Below are positions 38,785 to 51,470 of a stretch of 64,000 nt of DNA, piece after piece. Each line of letters opens with the position of its first letter. Position 1 is the stretch's first letter. The position numbers were made by a program, and so were the translations under genes. The DNA is from Mobula hypostoma (taxonomy: Eukaryota): positions 237,832,001-237,896,000 of the forward strand of contig NC_086098.1 in the NCBI RefSeq assembly GCF_963921235.1, given 5' to 3'. The notes under the pieces were generated by a model, which did not search any database, was not told the DNA's origin, and saw nothing but the letters and a program-made list of their open reading frames with translations.

Positions 38785-39860
38785 TATTATTATTCTTGCT
38801 GAATTATTTTTCCTGGACCAATCTGGAAAAGTCTGAGGTATGGACATAGCCAAGCATAGTCTCAATTGCTAGGAACTTTGTACTATTCTGGAGGTGTTTA
38901 TTATTGTCGCTGTCTGAAAGTTTATAGAAATATTGCTGTGCAGACCTAAAAGTTTAATCCAACCGTGTAGAGACTTTGGGGAGATACAAGTTATAGATAT
39001 CACTTTTAGGCAACGTACACCCTGTTCATGTTCTATACACTTTCAATTTCCTCTTTTAATTCCGCACATATCTGGTGATTTTCATTTTGTGATTTCTCTG
39101 TGTTAACTGTGTTTGGAATGGCTATATCTATTAAGTAAGTTGTTCTTTCTTGTTTTTTTTTCCTGTAATATATAATCCAGGCAGCTATTATAGATCACCC
39201 TATCAGTAATAATGCATCAGTCATAATATAATTTGTCAGACACTGAATCTAAATTTGAATTAGGCTTATATTTAGAGTAGGGTATAGTGTCTTTTATGAG
39301 TTTGGATTTTATGAGTTGTGCCTGGGTAAGTAATCAGATTCAGTTAAATTGCTGCAGTATCCTGTAATATGTTGGATTGTTTCCGGTTTTCTGGGCATTT
39401 TCTGAATTTATCGTCTTCAATTTGTTGGTCTTTTATGATATATTTTTGATGTTTTGTGTTACCCACCAAGTCCTGTCTTGCCACAAGGTAGAGTCCTTCA
39501 ACTCTGAGCCAGACATTCGACATTTCCTCGTCGACATCTGGTCTGCTCGGATCATGGAACGTCTTCCATGGAGGATTATGCTCTTCCATTGGTTGCCCCT
39601 TTCTTTTGTGATGATAATTCCTTCACTTTTCTGAATTGTGTTTTCACTGAAGTGTAATATCCTTAAAAGTTTTATCTAACTGTTGTGTAGATTTTTAGTA
39701 TCTGTTATTTCTCCTCCTACTTTTGTACTTGGTAGTATTAATCTAAGTACGTTCAAGTGTACGAGGTGTTTCCTCATATTTGGCATTTCAGTTCTTGTTT
39801 CCGGATCGGTTTCAGACCAGATATTTATACCAAATGAATACGTTAATATAGTACAGTGAA
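38785..39860 (-). mobile_element. R4/Dong-like non-LTR retrotransposon 3' fragment (restriction-like endonuclease) in a gene A intron
   Basis: Degenerate WL..EG...A.QD.V.NTK..KYII.D....D..RKC, then D.ILQEKK..TYLIDIAIPN. The 3' end finishes in an (AAT)n tail at 38785-38794. Confidence 0.75.
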
Positions 39861-40128
39861 AATGTTATAATTTCTCATTGGGTGGAGGGGTGGAGATACG
39901 TCTCGACCAAAGGAGGTGTAAGGCCCTCCTTCTCTCCGCTAGCTTGCAGGTCAACCTTGGGCAAAGTGTAGCACCTGCTTGGCACATGGGATTCCATGAC
40001 GGAGCGGTCTGTGTATCTGAGAAATATTCTCGTATTGGGGTTTATTGTCCTATTTGGAAATGAATAAGAAAGTCGCGACACATCTGAGAACCACTGGTGA
40101 ATTTGAAGTAATTAGCATAGCCCGACAG

Positions 40129-40474
40129 CTGGTTTACTGGGGTCGACTGTCATATTAGGATTGCTGACATATGACATTTCTGTAAGTAATTATAAGCTGG
40201 CCAGACCAAATAATTGTTCCGATTCGTGCTCTTTCATTGTACAGGGAACCATCGTCAATTGGCGACGCACCAAGTACACGGCACTGCGGCTTAGGTACGT
40301 ATCGTAACTGCAACCTGTTGTAAGATTCACAAATTTGATGTTTGGGATTGAGTACAAAATAATGATGGGTTTGAACGGAGTCAACAGAGAAATATAAAGC
40401 GGAAGCCATACATTAGTAATCTACTGCAGTTATTTAAGTATTTATCTCGCAGAGGAAATTTGGCACAGTCGTGA
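40129..40474 (+). CDS. Candidate TM and cytoplasmic exons of gene A (40129-40181, 40245-40294, 40453-40474)
   Basis: Phase-consistent chain AGLLGSTVILGLLTYDIS | GTIVNWRRTKYTALRL | RGNLAQS*. The middle exon has strong sites (ctctttcattgtacag, AG|gtacgt). The first acceptor is weak and the hydrophobic stretch short. Confidence 0.35.
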
Positions 40475-43400
40475 CTGTTGAAAAATGGTATATACTGCTG
40501 TGCGATTGCCAATGTTTGCTATACATTCCAGTCCCAAGCGCCGATCCTTTACGTCCCCCTCGAGTTCGCTGCATCATCCTCTCCCCTCAGATGATAATCT
40601 GGTTGAAGGGTTACGAAGAAATGTACCGAACCTGAAATGGTGTGCGTGTCTTCAGGATCCTGTAACTCCTCCTTGATGGTAGCAATGAGAAGATGGTATG
40701 TCAATTGTAGTGGCCTTGCCGATTGAAGCTATGCGGCCTTATACAATCATGAGTGAAAAGATACGTCAATCCATATCGTCATTCAGGGAATTCTACGTCA
40801 AAAGATTAATTCGAATAAGCAGCATAAACCATGGGCAGGGAAAGCGGGTGGACAGGATATTATGTACCAGTGGACATTGACACCTTACAGCGTTCACATA
40901 CAAGCACCTCCCAGTTTCCACTCAGATATTTGGATTCACCTGCCACTCTTTCGAGACTCCTCACCTCCAGCCTATTTAACCCCACTTTTCATCCACAGTC
41001 CTTATTCACTCATCGAACCAGCAGAACTCATTCCGTTGCTCCTAGCTTTTACTCTCCCTGGCTAGAGTATACCTTGTCGCCTGTTTTGCTTAGTTTCTTT
41101 TAACTATGGTGTTGTGGTTCCTCGTGGCTTGTTATTTTGTGGTCTTTTATTAAAGTTGTTATTCACCGCTAATATAGGTATCCAGCTAAAGTACGGTGAG
41201 AACAAACGCAAGGGGAGAGAATGCCTGTGGCGTAAGGAAATATCCAGGAAACAGAAGAAAAGGATTTATTTCGGAGCTCCTGAGGGCTAACAAGTACGAA
41301 AGGAAGAAATTCATCAAGATGTTATCTGGGTAAAGCTGTATCAAATTATTTGTAAAATATATATATAGACCGGACTCTGCGTAAAATGCCCTGTCCGTTC
41401 ACCAAATTATTAGGATTCTTCATTTGCATTGGGACCTACATCCTAAGGATTAAAATCGATCATGGAGGATAGAGAGAAGGATAACGAGACAGAAAAAAAG
41501 AAATAGAATTATTCATCAGACAGATAAAGTCCTTGGAAGGGGGCGGAAATGCAATAATCTCCAATAATATTTCACAGATCCTCATTGATGGATATCTCTG
41601 AGCTACGGAGGACAAGTAAATCCTCTATCCTTGTTCCAAAAGGCAATACGAGATATTTTATATGTTTCAGGGTAGTCATTTTGAGATCTTACACGAAGCT
41701 ATGATAATGCTGTAACAAGGTGCACTTTGCTTATCCCGGAACAATTCCACATGAACTAATCTTCTCCTAAGGCAGAGGTTTTCCATCATTGGGTCTACGG
41801 ACCCGTTGGTTAATGTTAGGGCTCCATGGCATAAAAAAGATTGGGAACTCCTGTCCTAAAACAATCACTTCAATGATCTGGCGCAAGAATTGCTTCCCAA
41901 TCAAATTCGAAGCAGCGAAGACTAACCTGGAAGGAGATAGATCAGGACGCAGACCGTTGAAAAGCTCACTATTGCAGTCGCTGCGAATTGTGCACCGAGA
42001 GATTGCCCAGATATTGGTGGGTTCGGAAGGGAAGCGAAATGCGGGTCGGATGTCGTAATTATGTCTAGCATTTAAAGTTAAGTCTGTGGAAAGTACCGCA
42101 CCGTGCCAATCCACGCTACAGGTTTCCTGTTTACGCTTTCAAAGTCAGTGATTGCGCCTAACTGAAACGGGCGCTCTTTGATACATAGGCACGCGTGGAA
42201 AGTGTTGTGCGGACGAGGTTGCTTAAACCGTAGTCGAGAAACAGATGGTGTCAAGTGACATTCATTTGCCTCTCTCAACCGTGTGTCCCATGTATTTATT
42301 TGTCACCCTACAGAGCACTTCCTTTGTAACAACAACACTATGTTCATCATCCTTATTCACATTAAATATGGACGTGGTTGGCTTGGTACCTTGATGCCAT
42401 TTTCCTGCACTAATCCAAGACCTGGCTTTCCAGTTATCATCTTAAAATCGACCCAGCTCGGTCTTACATGTGAGCAGGTACAAAGATCTGAATGCCATCC
42501 GCGTAGAACATTCTGGAGATTTATTAACATTCTAGTTGAACAAATTATCTCTCATCTCAATTCTGAAAGGGGAACCCGATTTTTAAAGCGTCGCCGTTAT
42601 TCTAGGTACCTTCATGTAAGAGATTCATTAACCCTTCATCAACCCGGACAGGCCCAGAATGCAATTTGCAGGTCATGTGAGCTTACATCCAATTCTTCTG
42701 AAGACCACAGACGTTGGTCCCCCTTGAAACCAATATATTTCAGTGTTTGTTCATTTAAAATTTCTATACCGCTTGTTGACTGATATGCGTATTCTTACAT
42801 TTTTCTGCGCTACATTTCATTTTCTTTGTTACTTGGAAATTTGCTTATCACCTTATGTTAAGATGCTCTATTTCCGCTTATCAATCTTCAATCAATGCCA
42901 AATATATCATATTAACTTTAATAATTCTGTGTGACATTTTATCAACTGTTTTCAAAAACACGTTAACTGTTTCGCATTTACCTCTTCTGTGAATTACAAA
43001 ATCAAAATATAGATTTGCCAAGTATGTTTCACTCTGACAAATCCATAACTCTATCAAATCCAGTCATTATCTTTTTCCTGTTTCCACGTCTTTACCATTA
43101 TGTTCTGCTAACTAGACCTTGTATATTAATTTCTTTTGCTCCCCTTACTTGAATGACGGGGATACTTTGAGAGTCGTTGAATCTAAGGGAATATCGATAC
43201 CATTGAAGAAGATGACAACATCAGCACGTCAACTACCCCAGAAGAAAAATAATTTCAGGATCTATATTATATACATTTCTCTGACATTAAATTTACCTTT
43301 GAAACCTTTGATTACGTAGTCGCAGAAATTTAACACTTCCTTTCTTGTAAATTTCACCAACAGTATTTTTTGTGCTAATCTTACTCCCTGAGCGTTCCTC

Positions 43401-45257
43401 CTTCACAGACTTATAATTCTCTGTCGATTCCAACAGAATTTGTTTCTTTTGCCTCTCGAAGACAAACAAAAATTGTATCGTTTAAATTGACACTTTATAA
43501 ATCAATATAAATTGTACTTTTTGTTGTTCCGCCTGAAACAATGCCGATAGTTTTAGAGTCTACAGAGGCGAGATTCAAAATGGAGGTTTATTATGATCCA
43601 CAACCAAGGTGTTAGCTATTCCTACGATAATCCAGTTATGCTGTTGTGTGGTGTGACACGATATAAAATCAAACGGTCATTAGAAGATCAATTGTCGTGA
43701 CATGATCAAATGCTGAAACATGTCTCCCAATGTTTTATTTACAACCTTTCATCATTAGAGAGCATTTGTGACGTGTTTTTAGCGTCTCCGAGACGTTTTA
43801 GCTTTTAATTGCAGTCAAAGTAAAGAATCTTTCGATTAAGTTTGAAACTAGCAGATTGAGGCCGTGCATCGAACGATACCTTTTCATTAATTCCTCCACA
43901 CCATCCCAGAGATGAAGAAACAGGTCTGTTGTGACGTTTTAATTGCCGAATCTCTCAATTGTTCATCCTCAGAAAAGTACTTTAGATCAGAGATGTGGGG
44001 CCAGATTGAGGACACCGTCTGTTCCGTAATATGCAAAATCATCCCTGTATTGCATACTCAATCCGTAGCCTGAATGCAACAATAGAACTATAGATGAAAA
44101 ATATTTAAAATCCAATTTTTGGAAAATCAGAAATAAAACAGAAAATGTTGGAAGTATCGGCATATCACACACCATCTGAGGAAAGTTATGGTTTCAGATA
44201 GGTGAGTCTACTTCAGCTAATAATATCATGGAGTCTAACGCCGCTGATTGAGACCTACCATTCGCCTTCTCCGCCGGACGAGTGTTGGTTCATCCAACCT
44301 ATCGTCTTCTTAATGTCATTAGCGAGGAGAAAGAAGTAATGCAAACATTGAAGGGAGCGCTCTTATTCACAATTTGTTCGCCTTTCTCCAGTTCTCTTTC
44401 CTGTCCGATAGTAGAACCTCTCGGTTCAATATTTCAGCGTTGTTCTAAAATTTCCCCTTGAATTACCTGTTACATCGTTTCCTTCCAACATGCCTTTTCC
44501 CTGAAATCTGACCAGCCTCGCTCCTGACACCGTTTCTGGAGACTCCTATCACGTAAATCGTCTCCATCTCGGCCCTCCCTTTATCTGTAATTTCTTTCAG
44601 CCCTATGTGCCTTCCCATATACTGTCCGTCTCCAAAATCAATCCTAAATGATTGTTGCAGAAGGATCAATGCAAAGTCCTGGCTCTGTTCCAAGTTCCTA
44701 CACAGCATGAAAAAGTTTCTGGTCCAATTGTCCTGCAGGGAAAAAAGCAAGCCCAGTTAGTTCTGCAATAATTTTCCTGCATTCTGTTTTCAGACTCCGT
44801 AATCTGTATTCAGTACACTCCGTCAGCTGCCTCTTCACATTTATAATTGGAAAGTGCTTTGCTTGCAGCTGACATCCGGTGCTTCCAGCTCCCAAAATCG
44901 CAACCGGAAATCGCATCTAGCTCTTCACCTCCCTCTTGTGATACATCTGGGCCAGTACAAGTACAGAGCACTTGTCAAAGCCAACTCTGCCTTCCCCACT
45001 GAACGCCCAGAAGAAAAGCATGTGATTGGAAAGTGGGAGGTAATTCACTCACTTCATTCGAAATGAGGTGGCGGAAGTTACGGAGAATTATATCTTGGAC
45101 CCGGAGGCTGGTGGGGTGGTAGGTGAGGACAAAGGGAACCCTTTTCCTAGTGGGGTGGCGGGAGGATGGGGTGAGAGTAAATGTGCGTGAAACGGGAGAG
45201 CTGTGTTTGAAGCAGAGTTGATAGTGGAGGAAGGGAAGCCCCTTTCTTTAAAAAAGG

Positions 45258-46113
45258 TGTGACGAGAATGCACATAAAATTAAGATGTTTTGGTCTGGGT
45301 TAGCATCAGTGACACCAGCAAGTGGTCTGCCACCTGTCCTCAGGGGAAGGAGAGATAAGGAACAATGGAGCAGCGTCTGGAGATGTGTAATGAAGGGACG
45401 GGTGAGAGAGCTGTCTGGAGCGGCTCCCCCTTTGAACCCTGAACTGGTTGAAGTGATGGACAGGCGATACCCCAGCAGGGGGATAAAAAGGGACAGGTTC
45501 GCTAAGGCAGGACACACACGACACCCGAGGTAACGAGACCCTGGAAGCGGTGCGCCTCTCACGAGTCGGTGGGAAGTACCGGAAAACGCACAGGGTGGAA
45601 AGGTACGATCAGCGGGAACCCGGTGTGTGTCCACCCTCGCTTGGGTGCCGGGTTCACTGCAGAGGATCGACCGCATCTGGAGGAGGGGTCACAGTCGGTG
45701 ACCTCAGGTGACATCACCCAGGACCTTGCAGAAAGCTGCTTGTGAGCAATATCGCCGGTCTGTGAGTGGAAGCCGTGTCTGAATGATCAGTCGTCCCCAT
45801 TCTCTCTCTCCCTCCCCACACGTTGTCCATCGCCATGGCAACGATTACTGCGAACTGAACTAAGTTGGACTGAACTTTTGTGTCATTTTGAAATTTGGTC
45901 ATTTAACCCTAGACAACGATAGACTGGATTCATGCTGTTATCTTAATTCTGTGCACATGTGTGTTTATCATTGCTGAACTGTTTCATTTATTATCCTTTC
46001 GATTACTGTGTTGCTTGTTTCTTTAATAAAACTTTCTTAGTTCTAGTAATCCAGACTCCAACTGAGTCATCCATTTCTGCTGGTTTGGCAACCCAGTTAC
46101 GGGGTACGTAACA
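45258..46113 (+). mobile_element. Solo LTR (856 bp) inserted in the Penelope copy
   Basis: Termini TGTGACG...CGTAACA (imperfect inverted repeat, TG...CA), AATAAA at 46025-46030, flanks aagg/gagg. The flanks rejoin as aaaaaaggaggacatc, as seen uninterrupted at about 56590. Confidence 0.85.
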
Positions 46114-48336
46114 GAGGACATCCCCTTCGTCCTGGAATGAAAAGCCTCATCCTGAGAGCAGATGCGGCGGAGACGGAGGAATTGCGAGAAGGGGTTGGCA
46201 TTTTTGCAAGAGACAGGGTGAGAAGAGTAATAGTCCAGATAGCTGTGAGAGTCCGTAGGCTTATAGTAGACATCAGTAGATTAGCTGTCTCCAGAGATAG
46301 AGACAGAACAATCTAGAAAGGGGAGGAAGGTGTCAGAAATGGACCAGGTAAACTTGAGGGCGGGGTGAATGTTGGAGGCAAAGTTAATGAATTCAACGCG
46401 CTCAGCATGCGTGCAGGAAGCAGCGCCAATGCAGTCCTCGATGTAGCGAAGGAAAAGTGGGAGACAGATACCAGCATAGGTTTGGAACATAGATTGTTCC
46501 ACAAAGCCAACAAAGAGGCGGGTACAGCTGGGACCCATACGGTTGCCCATGGCTACACCTTTAGTTTGGAGGAAGTGGGAGGAGCCAAAGGAGAAATTAT
46601 TAAGAGTAAGGACTAATTCCGCTAGACGGAGCAGAGTGGTGCTAGAGGGGAACTGGTTAGGTCTAGAATCCAAAAAAGAAGCGTAGAGCTTTGAGACCTT
46701 CCTGGTGAGGGAATGCAAGCATATAGGGACTGGACATCCATGGTGAAAATAAAGCGGTGGGGTCCACGGAACCAAAGATCATCGAAAAATTTCAAAGCGT
46801 GAGAAGTGTCACGAGCATAGGTCGGAAGGGATTGAACAAGGGGGGATAAAACAGTGTAGAGGTATGCAGAAAGGAGTTCGGTGGGGCAGGATCAAGCTGA
46901 GACAATGGGTCTACCTGGACAGGCAGGTTTGTGGATCTTGGGTTGGAGGTATAAGCGGGAAGTGCGGGGCGTCTGCGAACTATAAGGTTGGTAGCAGTGG
47001 ATGGGAGATCCCCTGAGCGGATAAAGCTGGTGATAGTGTGGGAGACAACGGCCTGGTGCTCCGCAGTGGGGTCATGATCGAGGGGTAAATAAGAGGAGGT
47101 ATCCGCGAGTTGTCGCTGTGCCTCGGCATGGTAGTTGTCAGTACGCCAGACTACAACAGCACCCGCTTATCGGCGGGGTTTATAGTCAGGTTAAGATTAG
47201 TGCGGAGGGAGTGGAGAGAAGAGCGCTCGGAAGGAGTGAAGTTGGAATGGGAACAAGTGTGGTGAAGTCGAGACGGTTATGTCCCGTCGGCAGTTAGCAA
47301 TAAAGGGATCCAGAGCTGGCAGAAGACCAGAGCGGGGTGTCCATGAAGAGGAGGAGGGTTGAAGAAGGGAGAAGGGGTCATCGGTGAGGGTGGAAGAGTC
47401 CTTGCCGAAGACGTAGGCTCGAAGACGGAGCCGGCGGAAGAGCAAGGGCCTTACATTTGTCCCCCTTCGCCCACACCTCAGCGAGTTCCGCGTTCGCTAT
47501 GACGCTGAATTCTTCCGCCGGCTCCGTCTTCCGCCAGCTTCAACGGGATCCCACCACTAAGCACATCTTTCCCTCCATCTCCCCACCCGCCCCCCCCCCC
47601 CCACTCTCTCTGCTTTCCGCAGGGATCGCTCCCTACGCGTCTCCCTTGTCCATTCGTCCCCCCGTCCCCCATCCCTCCCCACCGACCTCCCTCCCGGCAC
47701 CTTGTAAGCGGCACAAGTGCTACACATGCCCTTACACTTCCTCCTTCACTACCATTCAGAGCCCCAGACAGTCCTTCTAGGTGAGGCGACACTTCACCTG
47801 TGAGTCGGCTGGGGTGATATACTGCGTCCGGTGCTTCCGTTGCGGCCTTCTATATATTGGCGAGAACACGACGCAGACTGCAAGATCGTTTCGCTGAACA
47901 CCTACGCTTTGTCCGCCAGAGAAAGCAGGATCTCCCAGTGACCACACATTTTAATTCCACCTCCCATTCCCATTCTGATATGTCTATCCACGGCCTCCTC
48001 TACTATAAAGATGAAGCCACACTCAGGTTGGAGGAACAACACCTTATATTCCGTCTGGGTAGCCTCCAACCTGATAGCATGAACATTGACTTCTCTAACT
48101 TCCGTTAATGCCCCACCTCCCCTTCGTACCCCATCCGTTATTGCCCATCCTCTGGGCTTCCCTCCTCCACATTTCTTTCTCCCTAGGTCTCTGGTCCCAT
48201 GATACTCTCGTGTCCCTTTTGCCAATCAACTGTCCAGCTCTTGGCTCCATTCCTCCCCCTGCTGTTCTCTCCTATCATTTTGGATGTTCCCCTCCCCCTC
48301 CCGCTTTCAAATCTCTTACTAGCTCATCTTTAAGTT

Positions 48337-48372
48337 AGTCCTGACGAAGGATCTCGGCCCGAAACGTCGACT
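48337..48372 (+). ncRNA. Minimal type I hammerhead ribozyme motif of the Penelope element
   Basis: agtc-CTGACGA-a-gg(atctcggc)cc-GAAA-C-GTC-gact: conserved cores, stem I agtc/gact, palindromic ACGT stem III, GUC triplet. Stem II is weak. Confidence 0.65.
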
Positions 48373-48989
48373 GTACCTCTTCCTGTAGATGCTGCCTGAC
48401 CTGCTGCGTTCACCAGCAATTTTATGTGTTGCTTGAAATTCCAGCATCTGCAGATTTCCTCGTCTTTGCGTTTTTAACTTCCTCCAGTGATTTTTTTTTC
48501 CCTTTTCTATTCTTAATCTCTACCCAGATGATTTCAGCATTCTACTCCTTCGATCTTATATCGTCTCTTACTATCGCCCTGATCTCATCTTTAATTAAGG
48601 GCACTTACCTTACTGCCTATCCTTCCGTATTGCCTGATATCCTTGGATATTTAATTCCTAATCCTCTCCACCCTGCAACCACGTTTCTGTAATGACCACT
48701 AAATAATATCCCTTTGTACTGATTTGGACCACAAGCTTACTGGTCTTCTTACGAATACTATGGGCATTCAAGTCGAGTGCCGTTACACTCATCGTGCTTT
48801 TAATATCTTGTAATCAGATTCAGAATCAGAATCCTTTATTATTGCCAAGTATGTGGACACATACAGGCAATTTGATGCCGGATTCCCTGAGCTCTCGCTG
48901 TACAGAATCAAAAAGCAAACAAAACAATAGTGCAAATAATCGTGAACTATATACAATGAGGTATACCTGTGTATGTACAAGTGGACGGT

Positions 48990-49822
48990 TTATAACAGAC
49001 TAAAATTCAAGTGTTCATAAGACTGATGGCATACGGAAAGAAACTGTTCTTGTACCTATTTGTCCTGGCATACAGTGATCTAAAGCGTCTACCAGGAGGA
49101 ATGAGTTGGAAGAGGTGATATCCAGGGTGTGTTGGGTCTGCAATGATGCTGCTTGCTCGCTTCCTGACTCTGGATGCATGTAAGTCCTGGATCGAGAACT
49201 GTTTCACACCAATAATCCTTTCCGCAGCCCTGATGGTTCTTTGGAGTCTATTCTTGTCTTGTTTTGTAGCTGATCCAAACCAGACAGTGATGGACGAACA
49301 GAGAGCAGACTGGATTATTCCTGAATAGAATTGAATCAGCAGCTCCTGAGGCAGATGGTACTTCCTGAGTTGACGTAGGAAATACAACCTCTGCTGAGCC
49401 TTTTTGATAAAAGTGTCCGCATTGGGTGTCCACTTCAGGTCCTGGAAGATCGTGACACTCCGAAACCTGAAGGTCTCCACAGCAGACACTATACCGTGCA
49501 GTGTAGTGAGTGGGAGGAGTATTGGGATGTCCTCCTGAAGTCCACTGTCATCTCCACAGTCTTGAGCGTATTTAGCTCCAGATTGTTCTGACCCACACCA
49601 GAGGGCCAGCCGTTCCAGCATCCGTCTGCATGTAGACTCATCACCGTCTCGGATAAGGCCAATGACAGTTGTGTCGTCTGCAAAATTCAGGAGTTTAACA
49701 GATGGATCCTGTGAGGTGCAGTCATTAGTGTAAAGGGAGAAGAGCAGTGGGGAGAGCACACATCCCTGGGGGGCACCGGTACTGATTGTCTGGGTGCTAG
49801 AAATGATGCTTCCCAGCCTCAT
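48990..49822 (-). mobile_element. Rex-Babar/L2-type LINE 3' fragment
   Basis: STGAPQGCVLSPLLFSLYTNDC, NFADDTTVIGLI, KKAQQRLYFLRQL and SFFPYAI. One internal frameshift. Confidence 0.9.
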
Positions 49823-51296
49823 TTACTCTTTTCATTTACTCCTCATTTAATCATTTACTCTTTTGTACTTCTCTTTTCTCCACTCCAAACTTACTTTTTC
49901 CTTTTTTTGTTTTTTTATGCTTTTTTATCTTTATCCAAACTTTTCTCTTTTACCCTCCAATCTGTTGAACCCAACCCCTACTATTCAGTTTAAAGCCCTA
50001 TACATAGCCCTAGGTATGCGATTCCCTCGGATCCAGATCCCATCACGGTTCAGGTGGAGTCTGCCCCATTGGTACAGCTCCCTCCTTCCCCAATACTGGT
50101 GCCAATTTCCCATGTATTCAAACGTACTTCTCCCACACCAATCCTTGTGTCACGCATTGAACTCAATAATCTTCTTGACCTCCTGTATGTATCAATCTCT
50201 TTCTGGACCATCACTGGGAACGTCTCATGATCTGGAGTGAGAATTCGGGATCCATGGTTCCAGCGGTGATTGTGCAATCAACCTTTGGACAATTGCATAC
50301 AAGCGGCTCGCCATCAATTGGACGTTTAGATGACCAAGAAAAAAATTTACATTTCGTGCCAGATTATAATTTATTGAAGCAGTAGTTAGGACAAGGGTTA
50401 ATTTTAATCGTAGCAAACTGTACATAATCAGGGATTAGACTACAGATTAACCGTTGTTCATTATTACCGATTGGTCTGAGACTGAGGGAGTTCTGACTGA
50501 GGCTTTGGATGGGAAGATCCGGGAATATGACAACTGCGCATGCGGCCGATCGATGGCTTTTTTGATACAATTACGCCACCTGCGCGCGGGCTTTCTTTCG
50601 AGTGTGAACGTTTTCATCTCGGCGGGTCCGGTTTGTCGCTCCCGCACTGTAAGTTGCTCAGCTTGTACCGTTACTAACACGACTCTTGAAAAACATTTAA
50701 TGATGCTATTCCGTTGCTGTTTTTGCTCCGCACCAACGAAACAAGGTCTAAATCTTTCGTTGTTCACTGAGGATAATATTCACTCTGCCTTTCCAGATCA
50801 GTTAGTATCAATCGCCAGCTGGGCGTAGATCTGTAAGGGAATGACATGAGATTGGTTACCGTATCAATCCCCACCCTGCACTATTCCTCGCCAGGTTGCG
50901 TGTGTGGGGCAACTTAATCACGCGTTAATTCCAGAATGTGATATTATGGAGCAAAGAGTTTCATTCACCTTTAAGTTCCCTGATTGCAACCAACAAAAAA
51001 AACTCAGGGCCCTCTCTTTCGGTCGCTGAACCTACCCCTGTGATATCCTTCCGATTTCTATATTATTCCTCAGTCCCTGCTCTGTGCAATCTTGACCTGG
51101 ACCTAATATATCCATAATATCCTACAACCCATGGACGTCTTGTTGTCCCTTAAGTACAGCATCTTTCGGCCTTACATCGTCCCTGTCTGCCTCCCCATGT
51201 AAATCACCAATGCCCTTCCCTATCTATGTAACTCCCTTCAGTCTCTGCACTGCTCTCTGTGTAACTGTTTAGGCATCTGCACGACAGTCTATTTGC

Positions 51297-51470
51297 GTAA
51301 CCCCTCCAGCCCGTAGACCCCTCTGTGTGACCCCCCTCCGGCCCGCATACACTTTGTGTGACCCCTTCAGCCAGTATACACTCCGAGTGACCCCTCCAGC
51401 TCGTATACCCCTCTGTGTGACCCCTCCAGCTCTGAAAACCTCTATCTGTGTCACCCTTCTAACCCTTTCG
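51297..51470. repeat. Minisatellite of about 30 bp, 5-6 degenerate copies
   Basis: Unit approximately GACCCCTCCAGCYCGTATACCCCTCTGTGT. Confidence 0.85.

Larger units (their letters stand above)
45070..48470. mobile_element. Penelope-like element composite: RT on minus (46114-47450), GIY-YIG and 3' end on plus (47456-48470), interrupted by a solo LTR
   Basis: ORF 46281-46775 has LQTKGVAMG..MGPS, FLRYIEDC and LPFLD. ORF 47857-48108 is a GIY-YIG C-terminus. Confidence 0.9.

Noticed and set aside
39995-40066. Alternative TM candidate for gene A (YLRNILVLGFIVLFGNE*)
   Set aside because: No acceptor in the required phase, the hydrophobic run is short, and it directly follows a repeat fragment.
42283-42783. 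166-aa plus-strand ORF
   Set aside because: GTG start, no recognisable domain, no clear splice boundaries; consistent with chance.
51297-51470. CRISPR-like array
   Set aside because: Vertebrate DNA, tandem units without unique spacers, and no cas genes.
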